From Verrucomicrobiota bacterium (GTDB lineage Bacteria > Verrucomicrobiota > Kiritimatiellia > JAHIZV01), in assembly GCA_018814445.1 (NCBI GenBank), contig JAHIZV010000139.1, forward strand, positions 4,342 through 68,341: a stretch of DNA of 64,000 bases, in the 5' to 3' direction. A program made the position numbers and the translations under genes. A model generated the notes under the pieces. That model was not told where the DNA came from. It saw only the letters and a program-made list of their open reading frames with translations, and did not search any database. The stretch's first letter is position 1. Each line of letters starts with the position of its first letter. Positions 19,999-28,994 of the stretch are shown here, piece after piece.

Positions 19999-20464
19999 TG
20001 GAAATATCCGCCGCATCATCCACTCCGCCGGGTTCGCCGTCGCTTCCGTAGCTGATAATCTCATAAGGCAGGTTATCTCTCCCCGGAACCAGGTAGATGT
20101 ACGGCCGCCCCCACGGATCGAGGGGCACATCCCTGCTTTCGAGATACCCTTCGTCCGGATAGTTGCGGGGAACCGGCGCGGTCGCGGGCTCCCTGACCAG
20201 CGCATCAAGTCCCTGCTGTTGAGTCGGAACGAAACCGTTCTCCGTGCGATAGACCTGGATCGCAGTCTGCAGATTCTTGATCTGCACTTTCGCGGCAGTG
20301 ATCCGCGCTTCGGCAGGCTTCCGCAATACGTTGCCCCCCACAATCCCCGCCAAGACCGCGATGATGACGAGAGCGACGAGAATCTCAATCAACGTGAAGC
20401 CCTGCCTGCGATCGCCTCGATGTCCGATGTTCGATGTTCGATGTTCGATGTTTTCCATCCTCAC
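19985..20464 (-). CDS. gspG: Type II secretion major pseudopilin GspG
   Basis: GFTLIEILV, PTQQQGLDALV, DPWGRPY, SYGSDGEPGG. Confidence 0.93.
   Translation of the reverse strand: MRMENIEHRTSNIGHRGDRRQGFTLIEILVALVIIAVLAGIVGGNVLRKPAEARITAAKVQIKNLQTAIQVYRTENGFVPTQQQGLDALVREPATAPVPRNYPDEGYLESRDVPLDPWGRPYIYLVPGRDNLPYEIISYGSDGEPGGVDDAADISSGDS
20417..20451. repeat. Heptamer array (TCGATGT)x5 inside the gspG leader
   Basis: Encodes NIEHRTSNIGHR in the GspG leader peptide. Confidence 0.9.
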
Positions 20465-22713
20465 CCTCCGAGTCCCAACTCCTGCTGAGCAGTCTCATTT
20501 TCAATAGTCGCAAACTTCTTGTACAGCGCCTCGAGCTTCGCCACATAGTAGGGAACATTCTCATCCCTGTTGTCCGGATCCCATTCTGCCACGGATCTGG
20601 CCGCTTCGTAAACAGCGACGCTCTTCTTCGCACCCGTCACGTAGTACGATATCTGATCCCCCGCCTGGTAAGCCCGTCCCGAATTCAAGGCCAGCTCGTA
20701 TGCCGCGTTGCGGCCCCGGCTCTTGCCCTTGATCTTCTCCGCGTACGTGGCGGGGGCGTCCTGGAGTGTCTCGGTCTTGGCGAGCATCTGAATCGGCCAG
20801 GTCTTCTCCTCGATGCACTTTCTATACTGATCGTGCAGTTCACCGATCCGCTCGTTGTTCCGCTCGAGCTTCAATCTTAACATCTCCCGCAAAAACTCCC
20901 GCTGGAATCTCTCCAGGCCGCGGGACTTGAGGGCCGCACCCTTGATGATTACCTCATCATGCTCGTCAAGAAGTGCATAGTTCTTCATCTTGTAGCTGAA
21001 CATCGCCTTGTACTCGGCATCAAATTCGATATCGATGCCCTCAGGCAATGAGGCCTCAAAGTCGGCTCTGAACTTCTTCAGCTCCTTATCTGACTTGAAG
21101 GGCGGCGGAACGAAGTAGATACCGTCGGTGTCGATCTCGATGGTCTTCGCGCCATTGCCGTCGAGCCACTTGATCATCTGCTTCAGAAGCTGTCTTCCCT
21201 CGTAGGCCACTTTCTCGGCGGAAGAGAAATCGCTGAAGCGCGCCTGACGAAAACCCAGGTAACCGTAAAACGAATTGATCAGGATCTTAAACGTGCTCTG
21301 AAGCGCGTCAAGGTAGACCTTCTCGTCAGCGTTCTTTGTGTTCTGCATTTTCGTCTTCGCGTCGATCCTGAACGAACGCAAGTAGTCGAGCAACTCGAGG
21401 AATATCCTCAATTCGTCTGTCCTGGGGCACAACTGCTGAGTCAGCATCAGGGATGGATACAGCGAGCGAACGTCACAATGATGAACATTCTCCTCAACGC
21501 CGACGACAAACACGTCGGTGTATCCCCCGGCGAACTCCCGCGGTATATCCGGATACGGGATAGCCTCATCCCGCCGGACGTATTCACGGAGCAGAAGAGA
21601 GTCAATCTTCGCTCCGTTGCCCCTGACGCTGACATTCTGATACGAGAAAGGAAGAATCTGGGCCTGCGCGAAGTAGATCGGGGACAGGATGTTGCTGATT
21701 TCACGCGTCTCGATGATGTCATCACAGGCGTAGTCCATGAGCGTTGAGGGATCCTTATCGAACATGGACGCAATCTCCGCTCCCTCGATGTACGTCCTTC
21801 CTTCGGGAGCAACGCCGAAGTGGATAGCGACTTCTTTCAGTCCAAATCCCTCAAGCGCACGGTTGGTGATATCGTAAAGCTGGACCAGGAAAAGCGTGTC
21901 GATGACGTGCCGGCCGAATATGTCGAACTTCGGATACGTGATGGACCGCTCCCCTGCGATAAAACGGCCGGGACGGCTCTTAATCGTGCTTCCGTCCCTG
22001 CCAAGCGTCATCTTCACTTTGTGACGCTTCGCGCGCGTCGCGATGAACGGCAGATCGAATCTGAAAATGTTGTGTCCCTCGATAACGTCAGGATCTTTCT
22101 CCTTCACTATCTCGACGAACTTCTGCAGAAGCGCCTTCTCGTCGAGTTCCGCCCCTGAGAGCACTTCCGTCCATCCCGTCTCGTCCGCCAGGGCAATCGC
22201 GATGATCCTGTCCTCTTCACGTTCGGCGTTGGGGAACTCATAGCCTTTCGTCGTGTAGGTCTCGATATCGACCTGGAGCCGTTTGAGTTCTCCGAACTTC
22301 AATCCCTTGAACAGCGTTCTGCCAGTGAGCAGTAGGTACTGTTGGACCGGATCGGTGAGGTAGTAATAGGGAGCTTCTCCTGAAGAGGGATTCTGGCCCG
22401 TTTTCCTTCGCAGGAACTTAACCGCGTCCTGGCAATCCTTCCACGAATCGAACTCGGCCCGGTATTTGAAGGCCCCCTTCCCTGACAGGTCGTGAATCCC
22501 GTGTCGTATTTCCGAATCAGACAGCAGATCCGGGCTGACCAACCAGATGAACGGCTTGAAGGGCTCCTTCTCCTGTGTGAGTGCGTTGCCGGCGCGAACG
22601 AACCGGGTGATCTCATCGGCGGCGTCCTTGTTCCTCGTCAACTCAACGGCAACAAGACCTTCACCGGGATGGTGACCGAAGATGAGGCGGTTGTCAGACG
22701 GGTCCTTGATCAT
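20461..22713 (-). CDS. Family B DNA polymerase with 3'-5' exonuclease
   Basis: Exonuclease motifs DIET, HNIFRFD and YACDD; polymerase motifs DVRSLYPS, KILINSFYGYLG and IDTDG. Confidence 0.93.
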   Translation of the reverse strand: MIKDPSDNRLIFGHHPGEGLVAVELTRNKDAADEITRFVRAGNALTQEKEPFKPFIWLVSPDLLSDSEIRHGIHDLSGKGAFKYRAEFDSWKDCQDAVKFLRRKTGQNPSSGEAPYYYLTDPVQQYLLLTGRTLFKGLKFGELKRLQVDIETYTTKGYEFPNAEREEDRIIAIALADETGWTEVLSGAELDEKALLQKFVEIVKEKDPDVIEGHNIFRFDLPFIATRAKRHKVKMTLGRDGSTIKSRPGRFIAGERSITYPKFDIFGRHVIDTLFLVQLYDITNRALEGFGLKEVAIHFGVAPEGRTYIEGAEIASMFDKDPSTLMDYACDDIIETREISNILSPIYFAQAQILPFSYQNVSVRGNGAKIDSLLLREYVRRDEAIPYPDIPREFAGGYTDVFVVGVEENVHHCDVRSLYPSLMLTQQLCPRTDELRIFLELLDYLRSFRIDAKTKMQNTKNADEKVYLDALQSTFKILINSFYGYLGFRQARFSDFSSAEKVAYEGRQLLKQMIKWLDGNGAKTIEIDTDGIYFVPPPFKSDKELKKFRADFEASLPEGIDIEFDAEYKAMFSYKMKNYALLDEHDEVIIKGAALKSRGLERFQREFLREMLRLKLERNNERIGELHDQYRKCIEEKTWPIQMLAKTETLQDAPATYAEKIKGKSRGRNAAYELALNSGRAYQAGDQISYYVTGAKKSVAVYEAARSVAEWDPDNRDENVPYYVAKLEALYKKFATIENETAQQELGLGG

Positions 22714-22779
22714 TCGAACAGTATAGGGAAGAAGTCCGAGATCAGAAGTCAGAAGTCAGAGGGCCGCGCAGAAGCACCC

Positions 22780-22841
22780 GTTCCAGGCGTGGAACTTCCA
22801 ATGCCTGGAAATTCCGACGGAAAAAGTTCCAAGCCCTGGAA
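22780..22841. repeat. Cluster of three TTCCA-N-TGGAA short palindromes
   Basis: GTTCCAGGCGTGGAAC, TTCCAATGCCTGGAA, TTCCAAGCCCTGGAA. Confidence 0.8.
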
Positions 22842-22843
22842 CT

Positions 22844-23023
22844 TTACTTCTTTGTGGATATCTTGAGCGGACAGTAGAGGGGGCACCACCCGATCAAACC
22901 CGTAATCAGAGGTATCGCGCCGACGGCCCCCCACCAGTTTTTGAAGTAGAGTCCGGCACCGATGATGGCCACGCCGACGAGTACCCGAATGATCTTATCC
23001 GTCTTTCCAACATTGCTTTTCAT
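22844..23023 (-). CDS. DUF2892 (YgaP-like) small membrane protein, 59 aa, absent from the ORF track
   Basis: MKSNVGKTDKIIRVLVG...TGLIGWCPLYCPLKISTKK; GGAG RBS upstream. Confidence 0.9.
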   Translation of the reverse strand: MKSNVGKTDKIIRVLVGVAIIGAGLYFKNWWGAVGAIPLITGLIGWCPLYCPLKISTKK

Positions 23024-23060
23024 AGTGTGTTTCTCCCGCTGTTAGGACACTCTGCTGAGT

Positions 23061-24515
23061 CTACTTTATCCCGTATTTATCGATTTGCGAGCAGCTCTCA
23101 CACGATTCGCGACTCAGTTCATCTTCGATGCCCCGCAGCACCTCTTCCGCGATCGCTTTTTCGGTCCTGAACCTTTCAACCAGTTCTTCTACGGTGACGT
23201 AGCCGTATTTTTCACTGAGCCGCACCCAGTCACGCCCGTACCTGTAGGCTCTGCCCAGCATCGCCTTGCGGATGATCGGCCGCGCATGCAGAACCGGCGC
23301 GAGATCCAACTGCCTGTACTCAACACCGGCTGCCTGCAAACGGAGAAACCACTCCGTGTCTTCCGCGTTCCCGAAGTCGCTATTGCGTACGAACTTTCGG
23401 ATCAGATCGGCAGGACCCGCCGTGTTTGACATGTTGGGAGTTGTATCGGTGATGGTAACACCGTGAACGATGGCGTTCGGCACAACGGCCGCCGCCAGTT
23501 CCGTCAGCCAGTTTTCGTTCAGCGGAGAGCAGTCTGTCTCGGTGAACACAATGATATCGCCGGTGGCTTTGTCGACGGCCTCCTGAAAAGCCTCGGCCAG
23601 GCCGGGCGCGGTGGAAGTGCAAAACTCAAAAGATGGATAAGCCTGCTTCCGAAGCTCGCGCATCTTCTCTTCAATCTCGGCATCTGTCTTCGCGACGAGC
23701 ACGATGCTTATTTTCGGAGGCTTGTCCGTTCCCTGTTTCTCTGCAGTGATCCACGGCTGTAACCGGTATCTCCGCACTACTTTCTCGAAGTCAGGATCCC
23801 TTGCGCCTTCGACCCGCGCCCGGGTGTGATTCCGGTCGTGGACCCGGTAGTGGAAGGCCGTATCCGGCACATACTTTCCGACCTGGTTCTGTTCGAGGAG
23901 CCGCAGCCATAAATCCCAGTCGTGATACGTGCGCAAACTCGGATCCAGTTGGACCGATGTCCGCCAGAGCATGGAGCATGTGTCGATATAGTTACCCCGG
24001 CGAAGGCGATCTGGATCAAAGTCACCGACTTCTACCCGTGTGACATCGGAGCCCTCAGGATCATAGTCGGGATGCCACGATGCTTCATAGTGCATGATCC
24101 TGTCGCCGTAAGCGAATGCCGGTCGAGATCCGTTCCTGCCGCGAGTCATCAATGCGCTCGCACACTTTCTCACAAAGTCGGGCTCAAGCCAGTTGTCTAC
24201 ATCGAGAAGAAGAATCCTGCGCCCACGACTCATCGACAGTCCGAATATGCGCGCCCGGTTCGCGTTTCCCTCCTCAATTCTGAAGTAGCGAATCCGCCTG
24301 CTACGCTTGCGATACCGCCTGACGACCTCTGATGTCGAATCTCGGGAGCTGTCGTCGACGACAATGATCTCGCGCGGCACATATCCCCTCTCCTGCTTGA
24401 GAATACTGTCGAGACAGGCCGGCAGAAAAGCGGCCCCATCCCGGCATGGAATGATGACAGACACGTCCCTGGCAAAACGACTTTCGGCAAATCTAAAAGG
24501 CACTCGCCCCTCCAC
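23061..24515 (-). CDS. Two-domain GT2 glycosyltransferase
   Basis: VSVIIPC, IIVVDDSSRD, LLDVD, DWDLWLR; second domain ISIVLV...IVFTETD. Confidence 0.88.
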   Translation of the reverse strand: MEGRVPFRFAESRFARDVSVIIPCRDGAAFLPACLDSILKQERGYVPREIIVVDDSSRDSTSEVVRRYRKRSRRIRYFRIEEGNANRARIFGLSMSRGRRILLLDVDNWLEPDFVRKCASALMTRGRNGSRPAFAYGDRIMHYEASWHPDYDPEGSDVTRVEVGDFDPDRLRRGNYIDTCSMLWRTSVQLDPSLRTYHDWDLWLRLLEQNQVGKYVPDTAFHYRVHDRNHTRARVEGARDPDFEKVVRRYRLQPWITAEKQGTDKPPKISIVLVAKTDAEIEEKMRELRKQAYPSFEFCTSTAPGLAEAFQEAVDKATGDIIVFTETDCSPLNENWLTELAAAVVPNAIVHGVTITDTTPNMSNTAGPADLIRKFVRNSDFGNAEDTEWFLRLQAAGVEYRQLDLAPVLHARPIIRKAMLGRAYRYGRDWVRLSEKYGYVTVEELVERFRTEKAIAEEVLRGIEDELSRESCESCSQIDKYGIK

Positions 24516-24583
24516 TGACTACCGCTCACACCCGAACACAGCGGATCCATAGTGAAGTCCTTAAGCCCATAAGGCAACCTCTC

Positions 24584-25519
24584 CTATTTCAGGAACCACT
24601 CGACGGTGCGGGCAAGACCTTCATCGAACGGCACCGAGGGATTCCAGCCGAGAAGTTCCCTGGCCCTGGTCGAATCGGCCTGGGAATCGCGCACGTCCCC
24701 AGGACGCGGTTTGCCGTGAAGCGGCGGGATGTTTTTGCCCATGATAGCTGAGATTTTCGCGGCGAGTTCGTTGATTGACGTGCGGTAGCCCCACGCAAGA
24801 TTGTATACACCGCCCGCGGCATCCTCCGGCGCCGTGCAACAGCACAGATTACCGGCGATGACGTCCGCGACAAACGTGAAGTCGCGCGTCTGTTCCCCAT
24901 CGCCGTCAATCGTCGGAGGGCGCTCGTTCTTGAATGCGTCAACGAACAACGGGATCACCGCGGCGTACTGTGAACCCGGATCCTGCCTGGGGCCGAAGAC
25001 ATTAAAGTAGCGCAGTGCAAATGTCTTCAACCCGTAGAGACGGTGGAAAATGCGGCAGTAGTGTTCGCCGGTCAACTTGTTCAGCGCGTAGGGCGAAAGC
25101 GGATTGGGAGTCATATCTTCCCGCTTCGGCAAAGTGGGGGTATCGCCGTACACGGAAGAAGACGAAGAAAAGACAAAACGGTCGACGCCGGCATCGCGGG
25201 CCGCGATCAGAAGATTCAATGTGCCTGTCACATTGACTTCGTTGCTCGTGAATGGATCCTCGACCGAACGGACCACCGACCCAAGTGCTCCGAGATGCAG
25301 GACGAAGCGAACGCCATCAACAGCTCTCTGAAGATCGTCAACGTTTCTCAGGTCGCCCACGACAAGGTCGATACTGCTTTCGAGACCCGCGAGGTTCTCA
25401 CGCCGCCCGGTCGAGAAGTTATCGAGCACGCGGACGCTTGATCCATCGGAAACAAGTTTGTGAACAATGTTGGAGCCGATAAAGCCCCCACCGCCGGTTA
25501 CAAGGTAGTCAACAGCCAT
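24584..25519 (-). CDS. NAD-dependent sugar epimerase (UDP-glucose/UDP-GlcNAc 4-epimerase family)
   Basis: VTGGGGFIGS, SSSSVYG, YALNK (YxxxK), LRYFNVFGP. Confidence 0.93.
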   Translation of the reverse strand: MAVDYLVTGGGGFIGSNIVHKLVSDGSSVRVLDNFSTGRRENLAGLESSIDLVVGDLRNVDDLQRAVDGVRFVLHLGALGSVVRSVEDPFTSNEVNVTGTLNLLIAARDAGVDRFVFSSSSSVYGDTPTLPKREDMTPNPLSPYALNKLTGEHYCRIFHRLYGLKTFALRYFNVFGPRQDPGSQYAAVIPLFVDAFKNERPPTIDGDGEQTRDFTFVADVIAGNLCCCTAPEDAAGGVYNLAWGYRTSINELAAKISAIMGKNIPPLHGKPRPGDVRDSQADSTRARELLGWNPSVPFDEGLARTVEWFLK

Positions 25520-25535
25520 GCAGAAATATCCCCAG

Positions 25536-27710
25536 TTATCGTCCCAGATCCAGGTGAGCCCTGGGCAGCGCCAGTATCCAGAGCTGAGCCCATACAGTGA
25601 TGTCGTTATCGACCTCTTTCCACCCGACGCCCCAGCCAAGACAGTCCATTTTATGGTCTATCTCATAGCGATGCTCTTCGATATCGTTGCCGTCGAGGTC
25701 ATAACGCCAGTAGGCTCGGTAGGTCCATTTCTCCTCTGGAAACAGTTCCGTACTGAATGCGATCTGATCACGCCTCTCATCGATGAATCTGTACTCAAGT
25801 CCGGCGGTCGACCCCGCCCGGCTCTCCAAATACATCTGCGCGTTGAACTCTTCGATATTGGTGTCATAGAAATTGTAGCGGCCATCGACATCCAGGGAGT
25901 ACCAGTCGACAAATCTGAATTCCGCATCGACATCCAACGTCGAGAAATCATCCTCTCCCTCTGCCGGATCAAGGCGGTAGTCGGTATGAACGTCGAGATC
26001 AAGGAGGTCCCGGATCTGCTTCTGCTTCTTTGTCTGGAACTTGTTCCTGACGCCGAGCCTGATCTGATGAAACTTGTCCAGCGCGTCGATATCATCGAAC
26101 TGGTAAAGGTCTGCGGGTTCAACGCTGGGCGTCGGGACGTAGGTGTACTGGGCATAGGGCTCGACTACGTGGCGCAAGCCGCGGCCGAACCGGTTCTGGT
26201 TGGGACTGATCTCCTTGAACGATTTGAACGAGGTCTCGAAGCCCAGTTCAAAGAGGGAGCGGAATTCGGCGCCTCCGCTCGCCACTGTGATTTCGATGTT
26301 GGTTTCGGTGCCGATCACCACACCATTCGTATCAGTCAGAGGCGACAAGACCTCATTCTCCGTGGCCAGGGGGGTATCCGAGTAATATGTGCCTCTCACT
26401 CCTGCCTGCGGGATGAAGTTCAGAAACCCGAAATGCCGTGTGGGATAGATAAAGACATGGTGCGTATCGAGGCGAAGAGAGTCGTAATCCTCGATTCCCG
26501 AGCCCTCCGGGAATACGCGCGCCAACCGGGCGAGGCTGTTGTCACTCTCGTAGTAGAATCCAGAACTGCCGACCTCCTGGCGGCTTATATCGAGGGTCAG
26601 TTCCGGCGTCCGGTCCACACTCTCGTAGAAGTCATTCAGCCTCTTGGTAACCTCCGCGCCCACCGTGTAGTCGTCTTCGCGGTGCAGGAGAGAAACGCGA
26701 TTCTCCGGCTGGGAGTTCCTCCTGAACTCGCCGTCGAAGAAATCCTCGAGTACGTCCGGATCACTCAGGTAGTTCAGTTCGGTGATAAGGTAGGTCCGGT
26801 CGCTCATCTTCTGGTTGTGCGACAGCCGCGCGCGGTAGCGCTCACTGCTTATTAAATCGCCGCGATCCAGTTCTTCTTCTTTGCTGTCAAAGGGCTCCTT
26901 GTCATCAAGGTAATACAACCTCAATCTCCCCGCGTAGTCGCGGTCCGGCGATTTCCATTCAAAGTCCTGGCCAACACCGACCCCCCGCTTCGAGCGGTAG
27001 TCGAGATGGGTTCTGCCTTTGGTGACGGGTGTTACATTGTAGTTGTAGGAGGACAGAAGAAAGGCCCCCATCTTACCGCTATAACCGGGTGTGACATCGA
27101 TGCCTGTATCCCGGTCGTCAAAATCCCGTTTGGCCCACGGCAGGTAGAAGATAGGCACGGGACCGAGAAACACGCCGAAATGCTTCACTTTCAGAATGTG
27201 ATTGTCTATCAGCCTTCCCTCGCGCGCTCTGAAGGAATACTCGGAGTCGCCGGGTTTGCACGTACTCATTCTCAGCTTATAGAGATGGAATTCGTTGCTT
27301 GAGACGCGCTCGGAATCTTCAGCATGTACGTAGTAGGGATCGAATTCCGCGGAGAATTCGCCGAAGTCGCCCTGCTGTGTATCGAAGTTGTAGTGAACTT
27401 CCTCGCCTGCCCAGGTGCGCCCGCCACGGTCAAATACGACATGGCCGCGGGCATACACTTCTGATGTCTCTGTTTCGACTTCGATATAGTCGGCCCGAAG
27501 CTCATCGCCGCTATCCGTTACAACAACGTTGCCGACACCTACCAGGATCTTACGGCCGGCATCGTATTCCAGCCGGTCGGCCTGAATATCCACCCCGCCG
27601 GCTGCGACACCGACGTCGGCAGCGAGAATCGTCTTCTCCAAAAGGAACCCTGTTGCCGCCGCAAGCAGCAGAACCAGCCAGAATCTGTGAAGTGTCATGC
27701 TCACCCTCAT
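25536..27710 (-). CDS. lptD: LPS-assembly outer membrane protein LptD
   Basis: Signal peptide, OstA-like N-domain (ADRLEYD, GNVVV, STC), PIFYLP, beta-barrel C-domain. Confidence 0.85.
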   Translation of the reverse strand: MRVSMTLHRFWLVLLLAAATGFLLEKTILAADVGVAAGGVDIQADRLEYDAGRKILVGVGNVVVTDSGDELRADYIEVETETSEVYARGHVVFDRGGRTWAGEEVHYNFDTQQGDFGEFSAEFDPYYVHAEDSERVSSNEFHLYKLRMSTCKPGDSEYSFRAREGRLIDNHILKVKHFGVFLGPVPIFYLPWAKRDFDDRDTGIDVTPGYSGKMGAFLLSSYNYNVTPVTKGRTHLDYRSKRGVGVGQDFEWKSPDRDYAGRLRLYYLDDKEPFDSKEEELDRGDLISSERYRARLSHNQKMSDRTYLITELNYLSDPDVLEDFFDGEFRRNSQPENRVSLLHREDDYTVGAEVTKRLNDFYESVDRTPELTLDISRQEVGSSGFYYESDNSLARLARVFPEGSGIEDYDSLRLDTHHVFIYPTRHFGFLNFIPQAGVRGTYYSDTPLATENEVLSPLTDTNGVVIGTETNIEITVASGGAEFRSLFELGFETSFKSFKEISPNQNRFGRGLRHVVEPYAQYTYVPTPSVEPADLYQFDDIDALDKFHQIRLGVRNKFQTKKQKQIRDLLDLDVHTDYRLDPAEGEDDFSTLDVDAEFRFVDWYSLDVDGRYNFYDTNIEEFNAQMYLESRAGSTAGLEYRFIDERRDQIAFSTELFPEEKWTYRAYWRYDLDGNDIEEHRYEIDHKMDCLGWGVGWKEVDNDITVWAQLWILALPRAHLDLGR

Positions 27711-27839
27711 GCTTGAAATCGTGGCGCGCACCGTAGCACAGGGGCCCCCAGACGCAAAGGAGAATGTCAAATTGGACTGCAGGGGTAATCGGGGTGGAGC
27801 GGTGGTGCAGAGATCTCATCTCCATGATCCATCAACCAT

Positions 27840-28007
27840 GGGCGGCTCTCCGGGTTGGCCTCAGCTGACTTAAGGCCGGGACATGCCTTACGGCATTGAC
27901 TACGAACGATGCAAACTTCGTCTATTGTTTGTAGTGAAGCCCGTCAGGGCTGTGCCTTTCTTTGCCTGGCGCATCCGAAAGTGGTCTTAAGTCAGCGGCA
28001 TTCGCCC
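27840..28007. repeat. Composite palindromic element (nested REP-like or structured ncRNA)
   Basis: Outer arms GCTGACTTAAGGCC/GGTCTTAAGTCAGC enclosing four hairpins. Confidence 0.65.
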
Positions 28008-28274
28008 TCAGTCCATCCGCTTGATCTTGATAATGCGGGGTTTAGGCTTCGGCATCAGCAATTCGGGAGGAACATCAATACGGACGGTCGACCCCTTGGT
28101 TTGATCGAGACTCTCCGGAGCTTCGCGGATACCTTCGTCGGACTGTTCCACCTCTGGAGAAGGTATGGTGACACCCCTGCCGCACACGGGACACTCAATC
28201 TCGACACCCGCCATGTCATCAGGCGCATCGAGATTCTGCCCGCAGCCGGGGCAGTCAAAATTGATATCAGCCAT
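28008..28274 (-). CDS. Small zinc-ribbon protein
   Basis: CPGCG...CPVCG; ATG after GAGG. Confidence 0.8.
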   Translation of the reverse strand: MADINFDCPGCGQNLDAPDDMAGVEIECPVCGRGVTIPSPEVEQSDEGIREAPESLDQTKGSTVRIDVPPELLMPKPKPRIIKIKRMD

Positions 28275-28390
28275 AATGACCTCGAGTTTCCGACCCCTCC
28301 GGTTCCGCACCGAACGGAACACCCTCTATAGATTAAGTAGCACACGACGGTGTGCCATGTTAAGCCAAATCATCGGGTTCGAACCCCACG

Positions 28391-28843
28391 CTACACCATC
28401 CGCAGGACGTGTTTGAACTGCGCCCCGGTGACGGGCTGAACCGACAAGCGAGAACCTTTCTGAACGACCATCATGTCCTTGAGCGCCGCGTCCTGCTTCA
28501 ACTCGGCGAGTGCGACAATACGCGGGAACTTCTCCACAAATTCGACGTCGACCATCATCCAGACCGGTTTTTCCGGCGTGGAACGCTCATCGAAGTACCT
28601 GCTCTTCCTGTTCCACGCAAAGTGATCAGGATAACCCTCGCGGCAGATGCGGCCCACCCCTGCCACCCCGGAAGGATCGGCATTCGAATGATAGAAGAGA
28701 ACCGGATCCCCCACCCTCATATCGTCGCGCATGATGTTCCGCGCCTGGTAGTTGCGGACACCTTCCCATTGCGTAGCCCCGTCCCGTTCCAGATCGTCAA
28801 TCGAGTAGACAGACGGTTCACACTTCATCAGCCAGTATTTCAT
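28391..28843 (-). CDS. EVE domain protein
   Basis: YWLMKCEP, WEGVRNYQARN, FYHS, SRLSVQPV. Confidence 0.95.
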   Translation of the reverse strand: MKYWLMKCEPSVYSIDDLERDGATQWEGVRNYQARNIMRDDMRVGDPVLFYHSNADPSGVAGVGRICREGYPDHFAWNRKSRYFDERSTPEKPVWMMVDVEFVEKFPRIVALAELKQDAALKDMMVVQKGSRLSVQPVTGAQFKHVLRMV

Positions 28844-28994
28844 GAAAGCAGGTTTCGGTGTTCAGGTTTGCTGCGCGCCGCTCCCGCGACGCTTGCCCTT
28901 CGGGCCACGCCAAGTCGTGTCTGCTCCCGCGCCTACCCTCGGCGCGTCCGCTCAGGTTTCGAAGAGTAGATACATCCCCCATTCCATTTTCAAC

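Noticed and set aside
19999..20388. N-terminal extension of ORF 19621..20388
   Set aside because: Overlaps gspG in another frame; the prepilin motif places the real start near 19998
22780..22841. Possible mini-CRISPR array
   Set aside because: Repeats are only about 15 bp and degenerate, spacers are 0-16 bp, and no cas genes are present
25518..26855. 445-aa plus-strand ORF
   Set aside because: Antisense shadow of lptD
28872..28953. GC-rich hairpin cluster between the EVE and coiled-coil genes
   Set aside because: REP-like in appearance but single-copy in this window, and its boundaries cannot be defined
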